A DNA stretch of 64,000 nt from a virus. Taxonomy: Duplodnaviria; Heunggongvirae; Uroviricota; Caudoviricetes. Under the pieces are notes generated by a model. It was not told the DNA's origin, ran no database searches, and worked only from the letters and a program-made list of their open reading frames with translations. Where the stretch lies: the IMG/VR virus record IMGVR_UViG_3300042473_000506. The stretch is one strand, 5' to 3'. The translations under genes and the position numbers were made by a program. Positions 19,085-27,425 of this stretch are shown here, one piece after another (position 1 is the first letter of the stretch; each line of letters starts with the position of its first letter).

Positions 19085-19933
19085 TCAAGTACCCCATTCG
19101 TTCTTAAACAATGGAACTTGCAATCTATCGCTATAACGGAGTCCGTTTTTCATAGCGGCTATTGCTACTGTTTTATTATTTAATGCGTAAACACTCTCTA
19201 CTCCACCTACCGGCATCAAATATACATGGCCAGTAAATCCTTCAGCGCGGAATTCTTCTGTAGCCCTTAGTGCATCTTCGATATCTTGTTCTGTTTCTAC
19301 AACAAACTTCAAATATGCTGTTCCATAATTCTCATAGTCGCAAACAACTTTGGGTTTAATAGCATCTTTCCAGGGCTCGCCGCTTGCCGGCAGTTTAGCA
19401 CTTACGCTAAATGTAATCTCTCTATCATCTCCGCCGAATGTCCAGTCTGTTAGATATTCTTTAAACTTTTCAGTTAAACGCATTGTACCGTTAGTTTCAA
19501 AAGTAATTTCTTTAAGACCTTTCATGCAAGGTTGATTCAGCAAATCTGGATAGGCCTTTTGCCACCCCAACAACGGCTCACCACCCGTGATAACAAGATG
19601 TTCGTCACGCCATTCTTTAAACGGCAATGTATCAACTACAGCCTTAGCAAGACCTTCAGTTTCGATCATCGGGCTTAGGTCTTTAAATGCAGGATGCCAA
19701 CTTGCATAACTGTCGCAGCCTGTGCTAACTAGCGGAAGTGATTTGTATTCTGCAAATTCAACAGCACGTTCTGCAATTTTATCTGCTTCTGCGCTCAGTT
19801 CACCGCGTGGCATACCAAAACCTTGACAGGTAAAGTTGCAGCCATATGTACGTAAGAATACAGAAGGGACGCCCATATAACGCCCTTCTCCTTGGATTGA
19901 ATAGAATAGTTCGGATACTTTAATTTTGCTCAT
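19085..19933 (-). CDS. queE: 7-carboxy-7-deazaguanine synthase (radical SAM)
   Basis: ELFYSIQGEG, VFLRTYGC, VITGGEPLL, FETNGT, SVSAKL, YLKFVV, YSDRLQ; Cys motif expanded to Cx3Cx36C. Confidence 0.9.
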   Translation of the reverse strand: MSKIKVSELFYSIQGEGRYMGVPSVFLRTYGCNFTCQGFGMPRGELSAEADKIAERAVEFAEYKSLPLVSTGCDSYASWHPAFKDLSPMIETEGLAKAVVDTLPFKEWRDEHLVITGGEPLLGWQKAYPDLLNQPCMKGLKEITFETNGTMRLTEKFKEYLTDWTFGGDDREITFSVSAKLPASGEPWKDAIKPKVVCDYENYGTAYLKFVVETEQDIEDALRATEEFRAEGFTGHVYLMPVGGVESVYALNNKTVAIAAMKNGLRYSDRLQVPLFKNEWGT

Positions 19934-19963
19934 TTAATAGACCTTTAAGAGAGGTGATAAGTA

Positions 19964-19991
19964 ATTATACATTATTATTTAGGCGTGTCAA
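19964..19991 (-). promoter_or_regulatory. Sigma70-type promoter for queE, with an embedded TAAATA late-type box
   Basis: TTGACA-16 nt-TATAAT on the - strand; TAAATA at 19976-19981 lies in the spacer. Confidence 0.7.
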
Positions 19992-20009
19992 CTATAAAGG
20001 TAAAAATAA

Positions 20010-20861
20010 ATGAAAACAGTAGTAATCTGGCAGATACATAATTATTGCACAGGCGGCTGCGAATATTGTCCAAAAACATTTTGGGGAGGTGACAAACCTA
20101 GACACGTAGATGAATATCTAGCAGTAGCAAACACATTTATAGACCATTATGATAAAAAATTAGGAAGACATATTGACTGGATATTTAATGGTGGCGATCC
20201 GTTGGAATTTTTTGATTTCCCTGCACTGTTAAAACTATGTAAAGAAAATGGCGGAAATACTACACTACATACTGCCGGAGGAAAACTTTGGATGGATTGG
20301 TGGGCTATAGAACCTCATGTAGATTTTTTAAATCTTACATGCCACTCTTGGCAAAATTTAAATCTTATTAAATTTATTGTAAAAGCATTTCAAAAAAAAT
20401 ATAAACCATTTCATTTAGGTGTTCCTATTCGACCTGATTTTTTTGATGAAGATCTTAACCGCATAGATGAGCTCGAATCTTCACTAGGAATTAAAGTTGG
20501 AAAAGAATTATTATATGTACAGGCTAGCAACTATCTAGGAAGATTAAACTATACCAAAGACCAGTTGATATATTTGTTTGGGGAAGAATGGGTTTTAAAC
20601 AATCATGTCAGTGTTAACAAAACTTTTGAAGAAAGATCTGCAGAGAGTGTGCAGTCTAATCCTGTCTTTACAGGCAAACTATGTAATACAGGTATAGAAA
20701 GAATTAATATAAGTGGAGAAGGTTGGGTCCGAGGAAGCGATTGTAATAATTCGCCTTTGGGAAATATATTTGATGGTAGTTTAGAACTACCATCTACTCC
20801 TCAAATTTGTAAAATGCAAGCCTGCATTTCGTCCGCAGATCAACTTATAACAAAATTTTAA
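20010..20861 (+). CDS. Radical SAM protein with Cys-rich (SPASM/twitch-like) C-terminus
   Basis: YCTGGCEYC (Cx3Cx2C), FNGGDPL, C-terminal CNTG...C...C..QAC. Confidence 0.82.
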   Translation: MKTVVIWQIHNYCTGGCEYCPKTFWGGDKPRHVDEYLAVANTFIDHYDKKLGRHIDWIFNGGDPLEFFDFPALLKLCKENGGNTTLHTAGGKLWMDWWAIEPHVDFLNLTCHSWQNLNLIKFIVKAFQKKYKPFHLGVPIRPDFFDEDLNRIDELESSLGIKVGKELLYVQASNYLGRLNYTKDQLIYLFGEEWVLNNHVSVNKTFEERSAESVQSNPVFTGKLCNTGIERINISGEGWVRGSDCNNSPLGNIFDGSLELPSTPQICKMQACISSADQLITKF

Positions 20862-21133
20862 GTATTAAAAATATTAGACCATTGTTTTAATTTTTCAATC
20901 TTAGCAGCTTTTGCAACTTCTAAGTGCTCTAACGATATTACATTCTTTTCCAACATAATATCGATCATTGCTAACATATCGCCTAATTCTTCTTCAAGGT
21001 GTTCTCGATTAGTTTTGGACTTACCTGGCTTGAAGTTGTCAATACCGAATCGACTAATCTTACTTACTGCTTGAATTACTTCAGCACATTCTTCTTGTAG
21101 AATGTCCATCACTTCTTTAGTTTGACTGTTCAT
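20858..21133 (-). CDS. MazG-like NTP pyrophosphohydrolase
   Basis: LQEECAEVIQAVSK...LEEELGDMLA (EExxE...EExGD). Confidence 0.8.
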   Translation of the reverse strand: MNSQTKEVMDILQEECAEVIQAVSKISRFGIDNFKPGKSKTNREHLEEELGDMLAMIDIMLEKNVISLEHLEVAKAAKIEKLKQWSNIFNT

Positions 21134-21138
21134 TTATA

Positions 21139-21315
21139 TTATCCGTTATTGAGTTGTTCTTGGAATCTGCTAGTAAATGCATCTTTTAGGCATGAGTATT
21201 TTTGTTGTGTCTTTGAGTTTACATAAAAGATCCAAGTTTGCTCGTTGATAATTTCTATATTTTTGATAATAAATGTTGTTCTATCAGCCGATTGCCAGAC
21301 ACTTCCAATTTTCAT
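21139..21315 (-). CDS. Small hypothetical protein (58 aa, not in the ORF track)
   Basis: My translation: MKIGSVWQSADRTTF...FTSRFQEQLNNG; ATGA overlap with the 21312 gene and fills the gap exactly. Confidence 0.65.
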   Translation of the reverse strand: MKIGSVWQSADRTTFIIKNIEIINEQTWIFYVNSKTQQKYSCLKDAFTSRFQEQLNNG

Positions 21316-21770
21316 TTTACTGCCTTTTCTTCTAGATATTCTGTATTATGGATCCACTTATTCTTTACAAGAAAACCCCATTCTCGTTTTTGTGGACCAG
21401 GCATGAACATTGTCCAACAGTCTGTTCCTTCTTTAAGCTCAACACGGTGATAGCTATTAGCAGGGCAAATACGGCAGTGCCCAGGACCACGCCAATGCCG
21501 TGTTTCACTGATCTTGGCACCTTGTGAATCAAAGTTAGGAGTCCATTCATAATAACCGCCTTTTAAGATAAGTGTAGCGTAAGACCATGGATGATCATGT
21601 ACATCATCGGGGTCTGACTTAAGAAACTTGTGAATGAACACATTAAAGGGGAAATGCTTTCTGTCTTTAAGAAAAATGTAGTAGCGTTCGAGGTAAGGTT
21701 CATTATTTTGTCTATCCATTACAATTCTTTTGCGACCAACACGTTCTAAAAAGTTTAGAAACCATTTCAT
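21312..21770 (-). CDS. Cupin-fold protein
   Basis: VHDHPW...ILKGGYYEW...YHRVEL...CWTMF resembles cupin motifs 1 and 2 with metal-binding His/Glu. Confidence 0.65.
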   Translation of the reverse strand: MKWFLNFLERVGRKRIVMDRQNNEPYLERYYIFLKDRKHFPFNVFIHKFLKSDPDDVHDHPWSYATLILKGGYYEWTPNFDSQGAKISETRHWRGPGHCRICPANSYHRVELKEGTDCWTMFMPGPQKREWGFLVKNKWIHNTEYLEEKAVK

Positions 21771-22840
21771 TTGATCATCTCCAGTAATTTATTTGCACTA
21801 AAGAATAGTTCTGTTAAATCAGCTGCCTGCTTGCGAACCTGCGGCACCCGCTTGTCATAATGAGACATAGTAACAATAATGTGATGACATAATTCTTGTC
21901 TATGTGCTAGGTAACTGTTCCAGTCCTTAGTCCACTCACTAGGATATTTGAATCCTTCATAATACATTTCACTATAACTTAATCTATCCGGCACCATAGG
22001 TATAGCATCTACTAATGCACCTTCGTAGCAACTAATACCCAGTGTCTCTTGCAAATTTGCACTGAAAATAATCTTAGCACGACCTAGCAACTTGTGATAT
22101 TCATGCTTGTCCAACTGCGTATCTTGACACACAATAAATTCATATTGTGGTAAGTGTGTAGCCAAGTCACGGAAAATTTCAACCTGTTTCTCTGGAGCAA
22201 TACGATGTGGGAACAAGATAAGATCATGCTTGGAACTGGTGTTATAGTTCTCTAAGGTATCAGCCATATATTCCATGGGCCACCCTGTACGAACAATTTG
22301 CTTGTCCTGCATATAACGCATAGAACCTGTTCGGAAATCAATACCTAACAAATTTTCCATAAACATTTCAATATGAAATTTTGTTGCAAAATAGTTGTGA
22401 TCAAATGCGTGGAAGAAACTCTTTTCGGCGTGTCTAACCCAGGGCCTGTTGCCAACAAGACGACCTAGGAAGTCTTGAGGGTCATAACTACCGGCGTGCC
22501 ATAGTCCATGTGTTGTTACTGGAATACCCAGCAACTCACTCATATACTTGAGATTGATGATACCAGGGTGCCAAGCATCAGTAAATATAAAATGATCACC
22601 TGCATGAACGGCTCCGTCGCAAAATAGCCGACCCATCTGCTCAACCTGCCGAGCTTTGTAGATGTTTGTGCCGCCAAAATTAAGAAAAGCCCCAGGGGTA
22701 GTAGCACTAGGAATATCTGTGGGACCAGAGATAATTTGAACATTGTGTCCTGCCTTTTTAAGTAGATCAGGTACATGAGTCTTCCATTGACCCGTATACC
22801 TTGTCTCGACAGATTCTAAATCAACGAGAAAAATTGTCAT
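21767..22840 (-). CDS. Glycosyltransferase (GT-B fold, GT4-like)
   Basis: C-terminal FPHRIAPEKQ...IIFSANLQETLGISCYEG...PMVPDRLSYSEMY is the GT-B nucleotide-sugar-binding ExFGxxxxE-type signature. Confidence 0.8.
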   Translation of the reverse strand: MTIFLVDLESVETRYTGQWKTHVPDLLKKAGHNVQIISGPTDIPSATTPGAFLNFGGTNIYKARQVEQMGRLFCDGAVHAGDHFIFTDAWHPGIINLKYMSELLGIPVTTHGLWHAGSYDPQDFLGRLVGNRPWVRHAEKSFFHAFDHNYFATKFHIEMFMENLLGIDFRTGSMRYMQDKQIVRTGWPMEYMADTLENYNTSSKHDLILFPHRIAPEKQVEIFRDLATHLPQYEFIVCQDTQLDKHEYHKLLGRAKIIFSANLQETLGISCYEGALVDAIPMVPDRLSYSEMYYEGFKYPSEWTKDWNSYLAHRQELCHHIIVTMSHYDKRVPQVRKQAADLTELFFSANKLLEMIK

Positions 22841-23063
22841 TGTTTTGGCCTCTAGGCTTATAATCCTTGCGGTAGTTTTTACGATCGCCCTGATAAGGAG
22901 GACGAGAAAAATACCTGTATTCCTGTGACCTATACAAGTCTGAAGGGTTATAAGGAAGGAGGTTAAATCTGCAATGATCTAACCAAGCATCGAGATCATC
23001 AAAGATCTTTTCAACTTCGGGTTTCATACGAAGAGTTTTCTGAATGTAGGCAGGTTGTGCCAT
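22821..23063 (-). CDS. Hypothetical protein
   Basis: 80-aa ORF in the operon; AAAGG upstream. Confidence 0.65.
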   Translation of the reverse strand: MAQPAYIQKTLRMKPEVEKIFDDLDAWLDHCRFNLLPYNPSDLYRSQEYRYFSRPPYQGDRKNYRKDYKPRGQNNDNFSR

Positions 23064-23069
23064 AATGTT

Positions 23070-23471
23070 TTACCTTTGTGTAGTATTAAAGGGTTGAGGA
23101 AATTTAATGAAGCAGCCATTCTCGCCGTCTTCACTTACGTCAATCCAGATCTCACGACCTGGATATCTTGCCGAAATGGTTCCATGAAGATCACGGCTTA
23201 TCATTTCACAGGATTTGTGGTTAAGTTCGAGTGTACCATCTGCATAGCAGTGCTCTAACCAACGCTTAAACTGAATAAACTCAATATCACGATCATCGTG
23301 AAATACTTGAATATAGATTTTAAAATGGAAAATGTGACGGTGCGGAGTACCGAGGAAACTAACATCGTACATGTTGCCTGTGGCAAGTTTGGGGTCTGTA
23401 GCCGCAGCCGGATACATATGAACACCCTCCTTACGAAAGGTGACCCAAATCATATTAAGTTCTTGATTCAT
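23070..23471 (-). CDS. QueD-paralog T-fold protein (DpdL-like, predicted CDG decarboxylase)
   Basis: LGTPHRHIF, i.e. LxxxHRHxF in place of the QueD CxxxHGH; also DRDIEFIQFK and SCEMI. Confidence 0.7.
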   Translation of the reverse strand: MNQELNMIWVTFRKEGVHMYPAAATDPKLATGNMYDVSFLGTPHRHIFHFKIYIQVFHDDRDIEFIQFKRWLEHCYADGTLELNHKSCEMISRDLHGTISARYPGREIWIDVSEDGENGCFIKFPQPFNTTQR

Positions 23472-23644
23472 TACTGTGCTTTAACCTTTGTGGTTTTTTT
23501 AGCGGGTGCCGATTTTTCAGGAAGATTATCTTTCATCATATTATAGATTTCCCATAACTTCCAGTCAATGCTTTCGAGCAATTTAAATAATTTTTCTTCT
23601 GAACTTTGTTGATTTGCTTGTTTTGTAACTTTAGAGTTAATCAT
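23471..23644 (-). CDS. Small hypothetical protein (57 aa, not in the ORF track)
   Basis: My translation: MINSKVTKQANQQSSEEKLFKLLESIDWKLWEIYNMMKDNLPEKSAPAKKTTKVKAQ; ATGA and TAATG overlaps on the two sides. Confidence 0.7.
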   Translation of the reverse strand: MINSKVTKQANQQSSEEKLFKLLESIDWKLWEIYNMMKDNLPEKSAPAKKTTKVKAQ

Positions 23645-24153
23645 TTTATTACCTTGTCGTTTTTATATTGTGCCCAGTCTGTAAACTTACTACGATCCAT
23701 TAGTGTGTGTAGACTGTGGGACCATACACCGGGATTAGTTGCCTTAAAATCTTTGTCGTCAATCTTTAACATAGTGTTATAGTTCCAAAGACGAATGTAA
23801 GGAATAGGTACACGAATTTGTGGAATAAAATTATCACGCTCGCAAAGCCCGCCTTCGTGGAATTCTTCTACTTGGTGAATTGGAATATCCAATGAACACA
23901 GGTATTCTTTATCAAGGAAGAACATAATCATTTCTTCCCAGACTTTGTGTTCTTCGTAAGTTTGTGGATTATAACTATGATTTGCGCCAAAGAAAATATG
24001 CTCGCAACCTTGCAAGTTTAGTGCAATATGCTCGCTAGATTGAACTCCTGTAACAAACAATGTTTTCATGCCGTATGCAGGAGTGTGCTCAACTTCAGTA
24101 CCAGTAAAGAAAATTACATCTTCACTAATACCTGTATCGTAATCACGCTTCAT
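23641..24153 (-). CDS. Uncharacterised enzyme-like protein in the deazaguanine cluster
   Basis: 170-aa ORF with FTGTEVEHTPAYG, HIFFGANHSY, KIDD.DF.ATNPGVW; coupled to its neighbours. Confidence 0.7.
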   Translation of the reverse strand: MKRDYDTGISEDVIFFTGTEVEHTPAYGMKTLFVTGVQSSEHIALNLQGCEHIFFGANHSYNPQTYEEHKVWEEMIMFFLDKEYLCSLDIPIHQVEEFHEGGLCERDNFIPQIRVPIPYIRLWNYNTMLKIDDKDFKATNPGVWSHSLHTLMDRSKFTDWAQYKNDKVIK

Positions 24154-24427
24154 TTTTCTTCTTACGTTTAGTTTTAGTAGTATTAACTTTAACAGAATTC
24201 TCGTACTCTGTCAAGGCTTTTTGGACATCTCTGAGTAATGCCTCATCGTCCCATTCTAAAACAGTTTTACCGTCTGGAAATGTAGTAACAGTTAAATGAC
24301 TGCCTTTTACCACAGTGGGATCATTTGGAAATGTTAATCTAGCACTGCCAATAGTACCGGGCATTTCCATAGACTCTGATATTTCGGCAGACATAATAAT
24401 GTCTGTTTTCTTTTTACCTGTTGCCAT
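24143..24427 (-). CDS. Hypothetical protein
   Basis: 94-aa ORF in the operon. Confidence 0.65.
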   Translation of the reverse strand: MATGKKKTDIIMSAEISESMEMPGTIGSARLTFPNDPTVVKGSHLTVTTFPDGKTVLEWDDEALLRDVQKALTEYENSVKVNTTKTKRKKKNEA

Positions 24428-24428
24428 A

Positions 24429-24632
24429 TTATTCCTTAAAATAACTTTCCATTATGTCCAACTTGTCTTGATATTCAGCAATCAATGCTACTTCTTTTTC
24501 AATAGCATCCATTAAGTCAGTATGGTCATGTAGTGCCATGGGATTGCTCAACATAATGTCTACATTCATTTTGTGCTTGAAAATGTGTGCTTTAAAATGG
24601 TGTTTTAATACGCTAATAATTTCTTGTCTCAT
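24429..24632 (-). CDS. Hypothetical protein
   Basis: 67-aa ORF with an ATGA overlap to the TGT-like gene. Confidence 0.65.
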   Translation of the reverse strand: MRQEIISVLKHHFKAHIFKHKMNVDIMLSNPMALHDHTDLMDAIEKEVALIAEYQDKLDIMESYFKE

Positions 24633-26287
24633 TCTATATCTCCTAATGTGCCTTCTTCAAGTTTTCGTAGTTCGTCGTCATCTGGGTTAGCAAGATCAAT
24701 TTCTTCAACCTTAGTAACTTCTTCAATTTCGAACAAGTTATTAAACTTGTTTTGAGCAGGACCGCCTTGTAGTCGAGCACCTTCTAAACTACGCAGGAAT
24801 GGACCAGCTTGTTCGATCATTGCAAATGCATCTGCTTTAGTAGCAGTATTAAATAAGTCTTCAACAAAGCTGTTGAAGTATAAGATATTACGGGGAACCC
24901 AATCACTAAACTCATCGCTCATATCCTGTCCCTTGACTTTCTTCCATTGCTTCCAAGTCAGCTTGTCTTTAGATTTAGCAATCTCAATGTCCATTAATTG
25001 TTGAGCACGTTGAACAGCAACAATATGACATTCGACATTATGTCCCATCATCAATGCATAGGCAAAGCTATCCCAACTTGTTCTATTTGGAATCTTACCT
25101 AATTTGTTAAGTCTAGGTACAACATGGTAGTGTTCTGGTTCTAAATGGTTAAATTCAATTTTTCCACCACGTGGACCAAAACCTAATTCTTCGTCTGTTT
25201 TACGAACGCCTAAATCGTAGTAGGCAATGTCAGCCATTGTTAGTCTGCGACCGATTGACGATTCGAAAGGGAACGGGATATCTGATCCTGATAGTGCTTT
25301 GTTATCTGGTGCCTTGTCCATAATAACACTCCACCTTTTTGGCGTGTGGACTGCGTTTGTGTAGACAAGTCCGTGCGCTGTTGCAATGAACGGTGAGGCG
25401 CAGTCAAAAGATATGGTAATTTCTTCATTGATGTGTTTCCTGATTTGTCTTTGAATTAAAGTTAAGTAGCAACTCCAGTCAAGTTGCGCTGTACCCAAGA
25501 AGTGGATCCAGTTTTTGCCCTTCAGCAAACCATCTTCTCTAAGTGTCATTAAACGCTTGAGAGTAATATCCATCTTGCACATGTTAGCACCACCAAAGGC
25601 CCAACCTTCTGCTTCACGCCCTGCATACTTACCTGCCGGGTCGCTAAATTCTTTTACACCTGCATACCACTTTTCAGCAGTGTCCCAATCACTACCTTGC
25701 AGAACGTTGAGCCATTTAGTTTGACCCATTCTGTTCATCAAAAAGTAATCGTTATTGTATCGAGTCTTATCTAAGCAGTCATCAAATGTCTTTAGTCCAG
25801 TTTTAGGACTGTGAATGTGATCACATGCCCATGTTGGAACGTCTAGCATCATTGACCAATCGGCTGTGACTTCGAGCCACTCGAGAATCTTCTGACGAGT
25901 CTTAGTAGCTTCCTTGCCTTCAAAGTCTAACCAGTCAAACTTAAGAACACCCTTACCAATCTGGTATCCACCTGAGTCGCCTAAGATCATAGTGTTATTA
26001 CGATCACGCTGTTGAATCATGGACTCTTGTTCTAAACTCTTAGTAAGATCTAATTGTGCATGACCCGCAGAGTACAGACCGTATTTGTAAGTAAAGTATC
26101 CTTGTTCAGGATTTAAAAAGTTCATACCTTCGATACCACGATCAAAACCTGCAGGAATACGATCTGTTGGTACGAATTCACCTAGTCGTTGTTTAGCAAC
26201 ATAGGTACTGTAGAAACTACTAATTGCAGGCAAATAGACTGCATAGTCTTTCTGTAATGGTGTTAGGTTAACTTGTTGTTTCGTCAT
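24629..26287 (-). CDS. dpdA: tRNA-guanine-transglycosylase-like protein (DNA deazaguanine transglycosylase, DpdA family)
   Basis: ILGDSGGYQ (TGT catalytic Asp motif), MMLDVP, LNVLQG, GWAFGG, IHFLG, ISFDCASP; no Zn-binding tRNA-TGT motif seen; clustered with queE next to the DNA polymerase. Confidence 0.78.
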   Translation of the reverse strand: MTKQQVNLTPLQKDYAVYLPAISSFYSTYVAKQRLGEFVPTDRIPAGFDRGIEGMNFLNPEQGYFTYKYGLYSAGHAQLDLTKSLEQESMIQQRDRNNTMILGDSGGYQIGKGVLKFDWLDFEGKEATKTRQKILEWLEVTADWSMMLDVPTWACDHIHSPKTGLKTFDDCLDKTRYNNDYFLMNRMGQTKWLNVLQGSDWDTAEKWYAGVKEFSDPAGKYAGREAEGWAFGGANMCKMDITLKRLMTLREDGLLKGKNWIHFLGTAQLDWSCYLTLIQRQIRKHINEEITISFDCASPFIATAHGLVYTNAVHTPKRWSVIMDKAPDNKALSGSDIPFPFESSIGRRLTMADIAYYDLGVRKTDEELGFGPRGGKIEFNHLEPEHYHVVPRLNKLGKIPNRTSWDSFAYALMMGHNVECHIVAVQRAQQLMDIEIAKSKDKLTWKQWKKVKGQDMSDEFSDWVPRNILYFNSFVEDLFNTATKADAFAMIEQAGPFLRSLEGARLQGGPAQNKFNNLFEIEEVTKVEEIDLANPDDDELRKLEEGTLGDIE

Positions 26288-26639
26288 GTTCTTTACTTAA
26301 TATTATTGTAGCATCTAGTTGTATCTTGGCTTTCTTTAAATTACCCAAGGCAATGTTAATAGCAGGGTGTTCTTTAGCCAATACTTCGAGCTGCAATTCT
26401 TCGTCACGCTTTTTTCGTGCCCAGTCAAGTAATGCTTCTGCCTCACTAGTTAATGCTACATTGGCAAAGTTTGAAGATACTTCTTTCCAAACTTGCCCGT
26501 CGTATACTTCTATGGTATTGATATTTGTATTATAGCGCAACATTCCCGCAGATTGCCCACCGGAAGGAATGTACGGATTCATTGGACTACCTCCTTGTAC
26601 CTGGAGATATCGACCTGAATGAGCTATTCCTTTTATCAT
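26268..26639 (-). CDS. Hypothetical protein
   Basis: 123-aa ORF coupled to its neighbours. Confidence 0.65.
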   Translation of the reverse strand: MIKGIAHSGRYLQVQGGSPMNPYIPSGGQSAGMLRYNTNINTIEVYDGQVWKEVSSNFANVALTSEAEALLDWARKKRDEELQLEVLAKEHPAINIALGNLKKAKIQLDATIILSKEHDETTS

Positions 26640-27370
26640 GTCTGTGCAGGAATGATATACTTGTAAGTAGCTAAACCGCTGTCAAGTGTAATCTGTAGAG
26701 CACCTTCGTTGCTTAAACTCATCATAGTATTATTAACATCTGATGCTTTAAGAATTGCAAGTACGGGAGCAACAGGCCAAGTCCATCCTTTATTTAGGTT
26801 GCCGGTGACACCTGTAGCAAAAATAAATTCACCACCGTGGCTTGCTTGATCACCAAAAGTAAACTTCAACTTGTCACCATCTGTCTTAGCCAAGAAAGTT
26901 GTGTGCTCATTGTTAGCGGCTGCTTGAAACGCAAATCTTTGCACACTAGCTAAACTTGGAGCAACTTCAACATCCCACTTAACACCACGGAACTTAACAG
27001 TCTTTAACTTTTCGTTAATGATTTCAGTGTTCATAAAGCGGTAGTCATTCTTAAAGTCGCCCCCTTTGTTTTCAAAGTGTAGGCCTGTTGGAATTTCTTC
27101 ACCGTTGCGATCTTGTTTAACAACTTCAATCTTTGCATCTTCTTTGTATTCTGGGCAATCTAGCAAATACTTTAATTTGTTCATTTGCGGCATACCAAAA
27201 ACGCCAGTCATGTCTGCTTGCGGGCTAGCAGTTTCACCATACATAATAACTGTACGGTCATCGGCCATACTGTCGATAGTGGTCTTTTTATCGTCGCCTG
27301 TAATTTTAACGATGTTTAAGAAGCCCAGGCTATGTGTGTGGCTTACGATGTCTTGTAGAATGTCTTTCAT
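26636..27370 (-). CDS. Sliding clamp (T4 gp45-like DNA polymerase processivity factor)
   Basis: 244 aa with a two-domain beta-clamp-like pattern; immediately downstream of the family B polymerase; clamp loader present in the window. Confidence 0.6.
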   Translation of the reverse strand: MKDILQDIVSHTHSLGFLNIVKITGDDKKTTIDSMADDRTVIMYGETASPQADMTGVFGMPQMNKLKYLLDCPEYKEDAKIEVVKQDRNGEEIPTGLHFENKGGDFKNDYRFMNTEIINEKLKTVKFRGVKWDVEVAPSLASVQRFAFQAAANNEHTTFLAKTDGDKLKFTFGDQASHGGEFIFATGVTGNLNKGWTWPVAPVLAILKASDVNNTMMSLSNEGALQITLDSGLATYKYIIPAQT

Positions 27371-27425
27371 ATTAATTCCTTTTGTTTAGTTTATTTAGAT
27401 TTGCGAGTAAAGTCAATGATTATTT

